Shown here: piece after piece, positions 26,804 to 36,318 of the stretch
How positions within the stretch are numbered: the stretch's first letter is position 1
How the letters are laid out: every line of letters begins with the position of its first letter
Source: Salmonella phage SPLA10
Strand: one strand, 5' to 3'
Sequence record: OR413575.1
Length of the DNA stretch: 40,000 bases
Notes under the pieces: generated by a model
What the model saw: only the letters and a program-made list of their open reading frames with translations
Told to the model about the DNA's origin: nothing
Database searches by the model: none
Position numbers and translations under genes: made by a program

Positions 26804-27420
26804 GAGTGAAAGTTATTGCCGGGGACAACGCGATCTTGTCTGCCACAGCGTTTGGTAAGAAACGCCGTGAAGATATTGATCGTGGCATGGAACGTCTTCG
26901 GAGAGTAGGAAGGAACTTACGCTCAGGGGCACTAGAAAAGATGGAGAAGCTGGAGGATAATATCCGTCGCTTCTTTGATTCTGATATTGACGATGCTTTA
27001 CGTAATGTCAATAAACGTCGTAAGGTAGGATTCCGTGATGATGTTGTTGTATTCTTTGGAACTAACGAAGCGATAGCTGACGCAGGTCCAAGAGCGCGGC
27101 GATGGTTACTGGGTAATAAACGCCTGGCTAATCTCTTCCGTCAACAGCGTCTCGATGGTTGGGGAGCACCTCCAGAGTTCCTGGATGTTGAACCTACCGA
27201 ACGTGATCCTTACTATGTAGCCGTCCGGAACGGGGTAGTAGAACAGGATGCGGAGCAACCTGAAGTATACTATTCCGAATATAGTTATGGAGATTGTGAA
27301 GTTGATGGTGAAGTACTCACCGTTGGCGCACAGCTTGATCTCGTAGCTACTTACGATGTCATTGACGATTTGTTAGATCAAGGTATCGATCCGACGAGTC
27401 CGACAGGAGAGACATTATAA
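26800..27420 (+). CDS. hypothetical protein (206 aa)
   Basis: ATGA overlap with beta' fragment gene. Confidence 0.8.
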   Translation: MRVKVIAGDNAILSATAFGKKRREDIDRGMERLRRVGRNLRSGALEKMEKLEDNIRRFFDSDIDDALRNVNKRRKVGFRDDVVVFFGTNEAIADAGPRARRWLLGNKRLANLFRQQRLDGWGAPPEFLDVEPTERDPYYVAVRNGVVEQDAEQPEVYYSEYSYGDCEVDGEVLTVGAQLDLVATYDVIDDLLDQGIDPTSPTGETL

Positions 27421-27429
27421 ATCCAATGG

Positions 27430-27463
27430 AAAGGTAGGGCTCACGCTCTACCTTTCTTTTTTT
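27430..27463 (+). terminator. AAAGGTAGGGC-TCAC-GCTCTACCTTT + T-tract
   Basis: Stem with one G-T pair, then CTTTTTTT. Confidence 0.88.
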
Positions 27464-27481
27464 GTTCCTCTGGGAGATTAT

Positions 27482-27874
27482 ATGGAGAGCGTTTACATTA
27501 CCCCAACTGAATATCAAGATGATCCGGCTAAGATAGCTGACCTTATATTCAGTAACAGTCTTCTGGCCAAGAAATCACAAACCGCTGTGTTCTACGGTAA
27601 TATTTCTTCGTTAGATGCTGTAATGAAAGAATACATCAATCGACCTACTCAATTGAAGATGGAAATCGAAACGTTGTACAAGACTTTGTTCGAGCGCTAT
27701 TTCGATAGCTGCGATGTGGACATTGAATTGCAACAGGATTCCAAAGTAGGTAACGCATTGACCATGATTATCCACATTACCTACACGAATAATAACGTTG
27801 TCCGCCAATTGGCTGAGACGGTATTGTACATGAACGGTAAAACACGTAAATTGACGGAGCGTATCAATGGCTGA
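27482..27874 (+). CDS. hypothetical protein (130 aa)
   Basis: ORF. Confidence 0.78.
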   Translation: MESVYITPTEYQDDPAKIADLIFSNSLLAKKSQTAVFYGNISSLDAVMKEYINRPTQLKMEIETLYKTLFERYFDSCDVDIELQQDSKVGNALTMIIHITYTNNNVVRQLAETVLYMNGKTRKLTERING

Positions 27875-28547
27875 TATTCCAGAAGTTGCCGATGAACTAC
27901 CATTACCGGCAGAATATGATGATCGTGCGTTGGACATGATCCTCGATAGCTATAATATCGAACAAATCCCTCGCGTTGGGCTGAGTGTCTTCCGCAGTCG
28001 TTATCTTCCTTTATTAGCTAAACAACATCCTCGCGAAGTTGATATTGACGCAGTACGCGCGATGTGGGTAGCTGAAGTAGCTCAAACGTATCGTTTACCG
28101 GTATTCGTTGTAGACGACGCTGATCCGGAAAAAATGGTTTACCGTGTTCCTCCGCTGGTAGGATCTGTCAATACCGCGATTACTGGCCATGAGTATTCCA
28201 TGAATTCACTGGATAAGAAAGAAGAAGCTCTGAAGGGTCGCTTTAGTCGCCAGGCAGATAACTTCCGTGAGCAGAAGTATAACGCTTTTGCAGCACACGA
28301 CCACGTTAACCGTCTTTATCAATTAGATTGGATCACTATCATGGTAAATGAAGGGTATTTAGTGGAACTCAAAGAAACCATAGGCGATGGACCTTATCCA
28401 GATCATGTCGCCGCTATTATCGGGGACAAATTAGATAAGATCGATCTGACTAAACCTACCGATAATACGTTGCCCTTACATCAGGGCGGTTCCGCATCGT
28501 CGATAGGTCTTTTGGATGAAGACGAAGAATATGAAGACGACGAGTGA
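27867..28547 (+). CDS. hypothetical protein (226 aa)
   Basis: ORF with short overlap. Confidence 0.8.
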   Translation: MADIPEVADELPLPAEYDDRALDMILDSYNIEQIPRVGLSVFRSRYLPLLAKQHPREVDIDAVRAMWVAEVAQTYRLPVFVVDDADPEKMVYRVPPLVGSVNTAITGHEYSMNSLDKKEEALKGRFSRQADNFREQKYNAFAAHDHVNRLYQLDWITIMVNEGYLVELKETIGDGPYPDHVAAIIGDKLDKIDLTKPTDNTLPLHQGGSASSIGLLDEDEEYEDDE

Positions 28548-29676
28548 GTTGACCAGTGTTGTTCGTGATGAAATACATGTTACATTCGGCACTGATTTTC
28601 ACTTTGGGAGTCGAAGGACTCCCTCTCTTACCACTCTAAAGGGTGTTAAGCACGCATGGCCTGATAATCCCTCAATGGCGCAACACGATTTGTTTATAAT
28701 CGGCGGGGATTGGATGGACAGGTTGTTAAACTTGGCTGAGAAGGACGTGTACGAAGCACAAGAGGCATGTATACATATCCTCAAGGTCTGTAAGAAGTAT
28801 AATGTTAAGCTACGCATAGTAGAAGGGACATGTAGTCACGATAGACGTCAATCTATCATGTTCACGGAGTTGAATACTCGTCTGGAAATCGGTTGTGACC
28901 TGAAATACCATCAGGACTTAACTATTGAATACATCGCTGATTTGAATTTATCAGTTTTATTCTTACCTGACGAATGGCATCACGACTCTAACGAAACATT
29001 GCGGCAGGTTAAAGCGCTCATCGCTAGCCATGGTTTACAGCGAGTAGATATAGCCGTTGTACATGGCGGGTTTAAATTCCAGTTCCCGTTAGAACTACCT
29101 TCATTGCATGATGAGGTGGAATGGTCGGAACTGGTAACTTACTGCATTTTGTCTGGGCATATTCATGCGCACAGCAAATGCCTTAAGGTAATCTGCGGAG
29201 GATCATTTAACCGTAATACTCACGATGAAGATACGGATAAAGGTCATGTAGACCTCGTATTATCCAAAGGGAAGGTTAAAAGCGTTAAGTTCATTAAGAA
29301 CCCATTCGCTAAGATATACAAAACTATCAATATCTTCGACCTGGAAATCCAGGATGTTATCCTTCGCATTGAAGATCTTGGTAAATTACCGACCGGTTCT
29401 GCTATCCGTTTAGAGTACCAAGGACTGGATCCTATCCGTGCTATCCGTGAAACTGTTGACGCAATGTTCCCGCATCTTATTTTTACTGATATTAAACGAG
29501 TAGATAAGAAGGAGAAATCTCAAAAGCGTTTATTCTCATCTAAGATTTACCAACCAGTAGAGATTACGCGAAACTCTGTTGCTGGATTAATAGTAGAAAG
29601 ATTAGCCGCTAAAAACTTATCCCTCGATACCTTAGACTTAGCCAGAAAAGTCATTAATGAAACAATGAAGGAATAG
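28516..29676 (+). CDS. calcineurin-like phosphoesterase, SbcD/Mre11-like nuclease (start uncertain: 28516, 28531 or TTG 28549)
   Basis: TDFHFGSR, FIIGGDWMD, EGTCSHDRR, VVHGGF, SGHIHAHS metallophosphatase motifs. Confidence 0.8.
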   Translation: MKTKNMKTTSELTSVVRDEIHVTFGTDFHFGSRRTPSLTTLKGVKHAWPDNPSMAQHDLFIIGGDWMDRLLNLAEKDVYEAQEACIHILKVCKKYNVKLRIVEGTCSHDRRQSIMFTELNTRLEIGCDLKYHQDLTIEYIADLNLSVLFLPDEWHHDSNETLRQVKALIASHGLQRVDIAVVHGGFKFQFPLELPSLHDEVEWSELVTYCILSGHIHAHSKCLKVICGGSFNRNTHDEDTDKGHVDLVLSKGKVKSVKFIKNPFAKIYKTINIFDLEIQDVILRIEDLGKLPTGSAIRLEYQGLDPIRAIRETVDAMFPHLIFTDIKRVDKKEKSQKRLFSSKIYQPVEITRNSVAGLIVERLAAKNLSLDTLDLARKVINETMKE

Positions 29677-29680
29677 TATA

Positions 29681-29869
29681 GTGGAAACTTTAAACCTTGT
29701 CATCACAATTTTACAATATGCCACCGCGTTCATGATGGTTGTAGGCGGACTGATAGTTGGTCTTCTACTAGCCGCTTTGTTCAAGTTCAGTGATCTCGGT
29801 GTGGGGAGATTCAATGGTAGACTTCGATCTGTTGTTAACGAAAAGAAAAAAGGACAACTTGCCAATTAG
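29681..29869 (+). CDS. small single-pass membrane protein (62 aa)
   Basis: GTG start; LVITILQYATAFMMVVGGLIVGLLLAALF. Confidence 0.6.
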   Translation: METLNLVITILQYATAFMMVVGGLIVGLLLAALFKFSDLGVGRFNGRLRSVVNEKKKGQLAN

Positions 29870-30644
29870 TGTTGGTACGTCCTTAGCAATCGAGGCGCTT
29901 CGTGAAAACAAGCGCTACGATTCAATCTGGATTAACATCCGGACGCTGTACCGGAACATTCTTCATTCCATTGAAGATAAAGACGAACGTGAACTCTTCA
30001 CCACTCCGTCTAACCGCAAGGAAGCGGCTGCTGCTATTGCCAGAGCAATTTCTCAGGAAACAGGTATCATCAAGAACTTCCTTAACGGTCGTATTGATGC
30101 GGTGCGTTTGTATTGCTTAGGTTATACCGACCTGCACCGTAAGTTTCCTAACGCTAAGTTAAAGGTACCAACTACTGATATCCAGAAAAACTATTGGGGT
30201 TTAATGGATGCGGTTATCGATGCAGTGCTGGCAGAAGATTACGATCAGGTAATCGAGTGGGATAAAGGATCGGAACTCGAAGGCGAGCATACTCGATCTG
30301 TTATCATCACAAACCACGCTGTTGATTTATTAAGCCGTACTAAGTTTAAGGAACTCCGTTTGTTAGAGTCCCATACCGGCGTAATCAAATCCAAGTCTCA
30401 ATGGTTCACTAAGCTGTCAGACGGTAAGATGTTAAGTAACATTCCGTTTAACCGCTTTACCATTCAGATCTTTGGCGACGGTCCTTTCCAATTCGAACGT
30501 TGGGGGCATAAGTTCCGTAACGAAATCATTGGGTTAGCTATGGAAATGCGCTGGACACCGGTAACGACACTTGAACGTATCAAGTTTAGTCTTAATCGGA
30601 TGCGCGATAAGTATAGTGGCGAAGCACTCAAGAAGCTGTTGTAA
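29814..30644 (+). CDS. hypothetical protein (276 aa)
   Basis: ATG 29814 with GGGGAG RBS. Confidence 0.8.
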   Translation: MVDFDLLLTKRKKDNLPISVGTSLAIEALRENKRYDSIWINIRTLYRNILHSIEDKDERELFTTPSNRKEAAAAIARAISQETGIIKNFLNGRIDAVRLYCLGYTDLHRKFPNAKLKVPTTDIQKNYWGLMDAVIDAVLAEDYDQVIEWDKGSELEGEHTRSVIITNHAVDLLSRTKFKELRLLESHTGVIKSKSQWFTKLSDGKMLSNIPFNRFTIQIFGDGPFQFERWGHKFRNEIIGLAMEMRWTPVTTLERIKFSLNRMRDKYSGEALKKLL

Positions 30645-30709
30645 GTCAATTCTTACGCTGTGCTCCTATCATTTGTACAAACCTATAACATGCATGAGGT
30701 ATCTTCAAA

Positions 30710-31483
30710 ATGGCCGAATATTCACTGGGTCGTAAACACCGTCGTTTAGATGACTGGGCTCTTCGTCTCTGGGGAGACGTAGCTCCTGGAGCTGAAAAAC
30801 CAACTTTCTTTTATATCGATTTCCGTTACGGTCTGAACGAAGAGTTCCGTGACGTTGAACTCGGTATGAACTTCCGTAAACAGGGTAAAGAAGGGAAACT
30901 CAAGTGCTTCCCTGACCAAGCGATTTTCTTTGCATTCACGAAGAAAATCAAAGACATGGTTGACTTCCCGGATCGTTTCCCGATTGGCTACACCCGTATG
31001 TACGACAACATGTCGAACTTCATGGGTGGTAAGCGCGTAGAACAAGCGTTCTCTGATATCAAACTGGTTGTCGGTAAAGACGAACAGGGTATTTGGGTAT
31101 CGCTGGGCAAGAAAGGGCACGATAAAGTTAAGTGCTACTTCAACGCGCCGATGAACTGGGTTCTGCGCGACGGTGAAGGTCGTCCTTTGACTGCGTTCGA
31201 ACAATCGTGCGAAATGGCATTCTCCATTGTTAGTCAGTGGGAAGACAACATCCAGCACGTACTCAACCATCAATACCTGGGCGATACCGATCTCCAAGCG
31301 GCCAAAGATAAAAAGAAAGCTGATGCTTTCGGTGCACGTCAAGGCGGCCAGGGCGGTAATGGCGGTGGTGGTTGGAACAAACCACAAGGCGGTCAGCAAC
31401 AAGGTGGTTGGGGTGGCGGTCAGCAAGGCGGTGGACAAGCTGCATCTTCTGCACCCATCTTCGACGACACGCTTCCGTTTTAA
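30710..31483 (+). CDS. probable single-stranded DNA-binding protein (257 aa)
   Basis: Globular N-terminus, Gly/Gln-rich linker (GGQGGNGGGGWNKPQGGQQQGGWGGGQQGGG), acidic-hydrophobic tip DDTLPF like SSB C-termini. Confidence 0.65.
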   Translation: MAEYSLGRKHRRLDDWALRLWGDVAPGAEKPTFFYIDFRYGLNEEFRDVELGMNFRKQGKEGKLKCFPDQAIFFAFTKKIKDMVDFPDRFPIGYTRMYDNMSNFMGGKRVEQAFSDIKLVVGKDEQGIWVSLGKKGHDKVKCYFNAPMNWVLRDGEGRPLTAFEQSCEMAFSIVSQWEDNIQHVLNHQYLGDTDLQAAKDKKKADAFGARQGGQGGNGGGGWNKPQGGQQQGGWGGGQQGGGQAASSAPIFDDTLPF

Positions 31484-31579
31484 TAACGTACCTGAGGACT
31501 TCGATGATGAGGTCCTCGATCTACCTGTCATATCTGCAAGGGTAATGGCAATTATTGAACGTTTAGCGGGTGTGTAGTA

Positions 31580-31717
31580 ATGGAGCGATCTCTTGATGAC
31601 AAGGACGTTGCTCACTCAAGGATGAAAGGCGTCGTGGAAGCAGTTAAAGCAATTGTAACTATACCTGGAATGTTGGTGCTTTTGTTTCTACTGTTTATCA
31701 AACGCGCAATGAGCTGA
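31580..31717 (+). CDS. 45-aa single-pass membrane peptide MERSLDDKDVAHSRMKGVVEAVKAIVTIPGMLVLLFLLFIKRAMS
   Basis: Small ORF missed by the supplied track, terminated just before a strong hairpin. Confidence 0.5.
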   Translation: MERSLDDKDVAHSRMKGVVEAVKAIVTIPGMLVLLFLLFIKRAMS

Positions 31718-31720
31718 CAC

Positions 31721-31751
31721 AGAGGAGAAGGAGCATCGCTCCTTCTCCTCT
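31721..31751 (+). terminator. AGAGGAGAAGGAGC-atc-GCTCCTTCTCCTCT hairpin
   Basis: Up to 14-bp stem followed by TAAATTTTT. Confidence 0.85.
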
Positions 31752-31781
31752 TAAATTTTTCCCATCTAATAAAATCTCTGT

Positions 31782-31799
31782 TATATATTATCTTAGTGA
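31782..31799 (+). promoter_or_regulatory. Putative early-type phage promoter TATATATTATCTTAGTGA
   Basis: Match to recurrent motif. Confidence 0.8.
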
Positions 31800-31830
31800 A
31801 TGAGTTATTTGAATTTCTAAATGAGGAATC

Positions 31831-33393
31831 ATGTTGATGAAAATTTTACCAGGTATCTGCGTAGCTAACAATACAGATGACGTATGGGAAACAGCGATCG
31901 TCCAACACGGTAGACAATCTGTAGAATTTCCATTGTCGTTCTACGGCCGTTTGAAAGAAGGTACTCGTTGTTTCCGAGACTTCAATAATTACTTGGCATG
32001 GTATAGTCAAGTGAATGGTCCGATGATCGATAAATTAATGGATTTAATGGTCAAGGCTCATAAAGCAACGTCGTCCATTTTCGCGACAGATGAGACGCAC
32101 ACTGAAGTACATGGAATCGTACGTGAGATCCTTAACATCGTAACATTGGAGTCTGTAGCATTATGGATGCGTCATGACGAGAATATTGTCAACCCTGACA
32201 TTTCCGAAGATAAATCAAGTAACTATAAACCGGAACAAACATACAACCTGATCGAGTATGATGATCTGGTACGTATGACGATCGTACTGAAAGTACTCGT
32301 TCCAATCTGGGGAGCGTTCACACCGAAACTCAAGAAGGTATTACCAGGCACGACTGAAGAACGTTTACTCAGTCTTATCAAGTCAACTGACCTGGAACAA
32401 TCGGCACCGTTCAACCGACATCGTACTTTTGTCGATACGGTAACATCAGGTAAACTGACATTAGCCGGGGTATTAGATGGTATTAGTACAACTACATTAC
32501 CGAAGCGTTGTTTTGCATCGGCAATTGTAAACAAACTAGCAATCATTGATTTAACGTGGGAATCAGATCTGGATATTCCAGGTACCCGTGTAGTGAGTAT
32601 TGTAGCAAATACCCACCGTTACATCAAGACGGTATATGAATCCATCAACAAAGGTGAATACATTACCGGCGCTAAGATCTTCCGTGATAAACAATCTGGC
32701 GAAGAGGATAACACTTCTATCGCAGAGAACTATACCGTGAAAGAAGACGTACCGGAAGTATCTAAGGTATTCTTCGACTACTACGGTAAAGATTACGAGA
32801 AGATTGCGAAAGCAGTTCTTCCAGACATCAACATGGATGCGGTTACAGATATTCTTCATTATAACCGTGCTCGTAAGATGTTCGTTCCTACTGAAGTACA
32901 GTATAAATTAGTATCGTTAGTAATGGCTCAACAAATCGGTGTAAGATCGTTACCTTACACTAACCGTGAATCATCGATCAACATTATCTCAATCGCTCAA
33001 CAAGTAGCGTATGAGTTAGGTTATCCGAACATCGCGGCTTTGATGGGCGCAACTACAATGTTGAACGAAGACTTTGATCCGATGTTGTGCGAAACAAAGA
33101 TTCTACGTGCTCAGGTACGTCAGCAACAAATCGCTGAACTGAATACGTATTATCCGTACAAGAAGAAGAACAAGTCTCCACGTAGTCCGTATAAGAACCC
33201 TGCTGAAGTTGCCATAGAACAACTAGCATCTAAGTTCGCGAACTACGTTTGGTTAGTATCGGTACCAGAGTTCATTGCAAAAGACGTATCTCTTGAGAAA
33301 GACGATATGTCAGATGGTTGGTTAGTACGTGAAGACTTCCGCCCTGAGCTGGCAGATTTCTTTATTGAAGTTAACCGCACTATCTATAAGTAA
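31831..33393 (+). CDS. hypothetical 520-aa protein; positional candidate for nvRNAP accessory subunit (phiKZ gp68-like)
   Basis: Own promoter motif; size and order relative to beta C-terminal gene. Confidence 0.35.
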   Translation: MLMKILPGICVANNTDDVWETAIVQHGRQSVEFPLSFYGRLKEGTRCFRDFNNYLAWYSQVNGPMIDKLMDLMVKAHKATSSIFATDETHTEVHGIVREILNIVTLESVALWMRHDENIVNPDISEDKSSNYKPEQTYNLIEYDDLVRMTIVLKVLVPIWGAFTPKLKKVLPGTTEERLLSLIKSTDLEQSAPFNRHRTFVDTVTSGKLTLAGVLDGISTTTLPKRCFASAIVNKLAIIDLTWESDLDIPGTRVVSIVANTHRYIKTVYESINKGEYITGAKIFRDKQSGEEDNTSIAENYTVKEDVPEVSKVFFDYYGKDYEKIAKAVLPDINMDAVTDILHYNRARKMFVPTEVQYKLVSLVMAQQIGVRSLPYTNRESSINIISIAQQVAYELGYPNIAALMGATTMLNEDFDPMLCETKILRAQVRQQQIAELNTYYPYKKKNKSPRSPYKNPAEVAIEQLASKFANYVWLVSVPEFIAKDVSLEKDDMSDGWLVREDFRPELADFFIEVNRTIYK

Positions 33394-33410
33394 TCTAAAT
33401 AACATTAAGA

Positions 33411-33428
33411 TATATATTACCTTAATGA
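33411..33428 (+). promoter_or_regulatory. Putative early-type phage promoter TATATATTACCTTAATGA
   Basis: Match to recurrent motif. Confidence 0.75.
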
Positions 33429-33462
33429 AGAAGTTAATTAATTAATTAAGAGGAATTACCAA

Positions 33463-34947
33463 ATGGCCAAACCAATCGCGACTTCTATGATTTTCTTCGA
33501 AACTGATGGTTTTGAAGATCAGAGCGCTCGTTCTTATCGTTCAAAGAACTTCGGCGATGATACGGTTGATCGTTTAATCCGCGCGACTGATAAAGGGCGT
33601 AATATTTCCAGTGGTTCTTTATCAGCAGTAGTATCAGACATCATCGAGTTGGATGCAAATGCAAACACTCGTATTCATATTCCAAATGGTTGGGGTGAAA
33701 AACGTCTTTCCTTTATTATCGAACTTCTCCTGAACGAAGGTCGTAGCAACGAGTGCCGTCAGGTATTAACTGGATATACTGACAAATCTGATCTCTCACT
33801 TAGCGGTGAAATGGATCCGGAAATGCAGATGTTCATTAACAACAGTTTCATGATCACTAGTCATGCGCGACCTGGGCGCGCAGGTCGTGGTCGTCAGCAA
33901 CGTATCATTGCGAATGACTTCATCATTCGTAGTGCTTACGATACTGAAGATCGTCGTAGCCGTCGTGATCGTCCTCAGGAAATGCTTCTGCGTTCTGAAG
34001 ACATCTTCTATAATCGCGATAGCCATAATACGCTGACTAACACTCGTCGTAAAATACGCGATGGTCGTTCTACTTTGGATGGTGAAGTTAAATTCGCACG
34101 TCGTGCAGATGCTAACGTATCCAACTACATTGAGTCGATCCTCCGTATCGGTGTAACTGCGGAAAATAAACGCCGTACTGACGATTATCATTTCGGCGAT
34201 ATCGATACGTCGATGGCGCCTGATTATGATGAGCGTATGTCCGACCACAGCCGCAGTAGCGTATATGAAACAGCTTCTGGGTTTACCCGCAGCGGTGATG
34301 TAGATACGCACGGTATATTCAAAGACTGGTTGTTAGATACAGACTTTGAAGGTTGCGGCATGATTGAACTTCAATCATTCGAAGCATCTGTTGTGTTAGG
34401 TTGCGATCCGGTAATGATCACTCCGGGGTCTATCGAAAACGGTGGACGTAATTATCATCGTCATCGTCGTGGTGACAATGCCGAGTGGGGCGGTTCTCAT
34501 CGTTATGATGTACTGCCTGATATCATTAAGAACTCAATTGTTTCTATCATGTTACGTTATACTGTAGCAGCAGCCGATATCATGATTACTAATGATACCG
34601 ACGACGGGCAATTGATCGCTCACGTATCGAATGAATCGTCAGTGATTCATGGGAACGATCTGTCTGGGTTACTGGATACGATTGAAACTACAATTGCATG
34701 TGAGCTAGGTAACATCGTTACTCGTAATGGTCACGATGACATTACAATCACCTGTAACTATAACATGTTAAGTGGGATGTTGATCGAGATCGATACTCAC
34801 GATGGCTCTACACCTGTTCGTCATAACGCAGCTATCTTTACCGATGGCTTACAAACCAACATGCGTACTGATGACGAAACTGTTCTGGACAACATCTCTG
34901 AAGACGCAGTTAGTCTGGTAGACGAAATCCTCTCTGCAAGTAACTAA
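33463..34947 (+). CDS. hypothetical 494-aa protein; positional candidate for phage-nucleus import factor (phiKZ gp69-like)
   Basis: AGAGGA RBS, own promoter motif; order in block. Confidence 0.3.
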   Translation: MAKPIATSMIFFETDGFEDQSARSYRSKNFGDDTVDRLIRATDKGRNISSGSLSAVVSDIIELDANANTRIHIPNGWGEKRLSFIIELLLNEGRSNECRQVLTGYTDKSDLSLSGEMDPEMQMFINNSFMITSHARPGRAGRGRQQRIIANDFIIRSAYDTEDRRSRRDRPQEMLLRSEDIFYNRDSHNTLTNTRRKIRDGRSTLDGEVKFARRADANVSNYIESILRIGVTAENKRRTDDYHFGDIDTSMAPDYDERMSDHSRSSVYETASGFTRSGDVDTHGIFKDWLLDTDFEGCGMIELQSFEASVVLGCDPVMITPGSIENGGRNYHRHRRGDNAEWGGSHRYDVLPDIIKNSIVSIMLRYTVAAADIMITNDTDDGQLIAHVSNESSVIHGNDLSGLLDTIETTIACELGNIVTRNGHDDITITCNYNMLSGMLIEIDTHDGSTPVRHNAAIFTDGLQTNMRTDDETVLDNISEDAVSLVDEILSASN

Positions 34948-34962
34948 TAAGGCACATTTCCA

Positions 34963-36318
34963 ATGGCTAAAGAAATTGATAAGTTTTACGACGAAATCCG
35001 TCAGAGCATGGGTTTCGGTAAAGACGACCATGAAGGTTGGACGATTGAAATGCCTGGGGGATCCGTCCCCCTTACCCTTAAAGGTAAACAGATGGTCACG
35101 CCTACGCGTGAAGTTCTGAAAGCAGCTGAGTGGGATAAATATCAACCTTTCCACCCGCTGTGCGAAAACATTCGTCGTCGTAAGTCTCTGGTACTCAGTC
35201 GTTTACAGACTTACGGGACGGCTCGTCTTCGGACTGTACTGGTTGACATCATTAACAAGATGCTTGAAATTGCATCAGATTCAGATAGCCACGATAAGTT
35301 GACTATCGACCAGCGTGAGATTTTGAAGTTGTTCGCTACCATGTCTTCCAAGACAGTTAAGAACATCACCAATCTCCTCACCAAAGTCGTAGCGGCACAG
35401 CCGGGTGAATCTGAACTGATCGCAATGGGCGTACGTCGCAGTGGTACGTGGAAAGGCGAAGACTACGATCGCCTGGCAACGGTTAACTTCCCAATCATGG
35501 ATGAAGAACATGTGGAAGGTGGTAAGGTGTTCGGTGTAGCAGTAACTGTACGGGATAAGGAAATCCTGTATAAAGTACTGCGTTTCATCCTGCCGAAGAT
35601 CGATGAGCCGGAAGCATATAGCTACGGCACACGTTCTGAGATTGCGCCACAGTTTCATTGTCTGATGATGTCTTTCCACGCGGTAGCGGTTGACCTTAAC
35701 CGTGTAACCAAGTTGATTGGCGGAATCGACAAAGAATTCTTCAAGCGTAATCATATCCTGACTACCTGGTCGGCACAGATGCCTAACCTGTATGATTATA
35801 AGGACATGATCCCTACGCTGGATGGAAACGATGGAGAGCCTAACAAGGATGAGGTTGAAAAAGAACGTGCAGCTCAAGATGCTCGCGATCGCCGTAAAGG
35901 TGTAGTGAAAGAAGAGCCACGTGAGAAAATCAACCCGTTCAAACGTGAACCTCGTAAGGACGATCGTCGCGATGACCGTGATCGTGATCGCCGCCGCGAT
36001 GATGATCGAGACGACCGCCGTCGTAGCTTCCGTGATGAAGACGATGATCGTCGTAGTCGCCGAGACGATCGGGATGATCGTCGCCGTTCGTTCCGTGACG
36101 ACGACCGTCGTGGACGTAGTCGTTATGATGACGATGATGATTACTACGAAGATCGTGGTAGTCGCCGTCGTAGCTTCCGCGACGATGATCGTCGGGATAA
36201 CCGCGATGAAAATGGCATTACTATTAACCGTAGAAATGACCGTGGCCGTGACCGTTACGATGATCGTTATGATCGTCGAGATGACCGTCGTGGATCACGT
36301 CGTCGTTCATTCCGTTAA
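34963..36318 (+). CDS. hypothetical 451-aa protein with RD-rich disordered tail
   Basis: Globular about 300 aa then (R/D)-rich repeats RRRSFRDDDRR. Confidence 0.85.
   Translation: MAKEIDKFYDEIRQSMGFGKDDHEGWTIEMPGGSVPLTLKGKQMVTPTREVLKAAEWDKYQPFHPLCENIRRRKSLVLSRLQTYGTARLRTVLVDIINKMLEIASDSDSHDKLTIDQREILKLFATMSSKTVKNITNLLTKVVAAQPGESELIAMGVRRSGTWKGEDYDRLATVNFPIMDEEHVEGGKVFGVAVTVRDKEILYKVLRFILPKIDEPEAYSYGTRSEIAPQFHCLMMSFHAVAVDLNRVTKLIGGIDKEFFKRNHILTTWSAQMPNLYDYKDMIPTLDGNDGEPNKDEVEKERAAQDARDRRKGVVKEEPREKINPFKREPRKDDRRDDRDRDRRRDDDRDDRRRSFRDEDDDRRSRRDDRDDRRRSFRDDDRRGRSRYDDDDDYYEDRGSRRRSFRDDDRRDNRDENGITINRRNDRGRDRYDDRYDRRDDRRGSRRRSFR
35930..36318 (+). repeat. degenerate GAYGAYCGTCGY-type coding repeat (RD-rich tail)
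   Basis: Repeated gatgatcgtcgt / cgtagcttccgtgatgaa units. Confidence 0.8.

Noticed and set aside
30746-31615. 289-aa minus-strand ORF opposite the SSB-like gene
   Set aside because: The + strand frame has RBS, coherent domain layout and a DDTLPF ending; the antisense product has low-complexity composition
33796-34311. 171-aa minus-strand ORF, Ile/Thr-rich
   Set aside because: Antisense shadow of the Arg/Asp-rich coding of 33463-34947
35281-35877. 198-aa minus-strand ORF
   Set aside because: Fully antisense to the 451-aa gene; no RBS or promoter support
35930-36318. Possible CRISPR-like or noncoding tandem array
   Set aside because: Repeats are in-frame, codon-structured and encode the RD tail; no spacer/repeat periodicity
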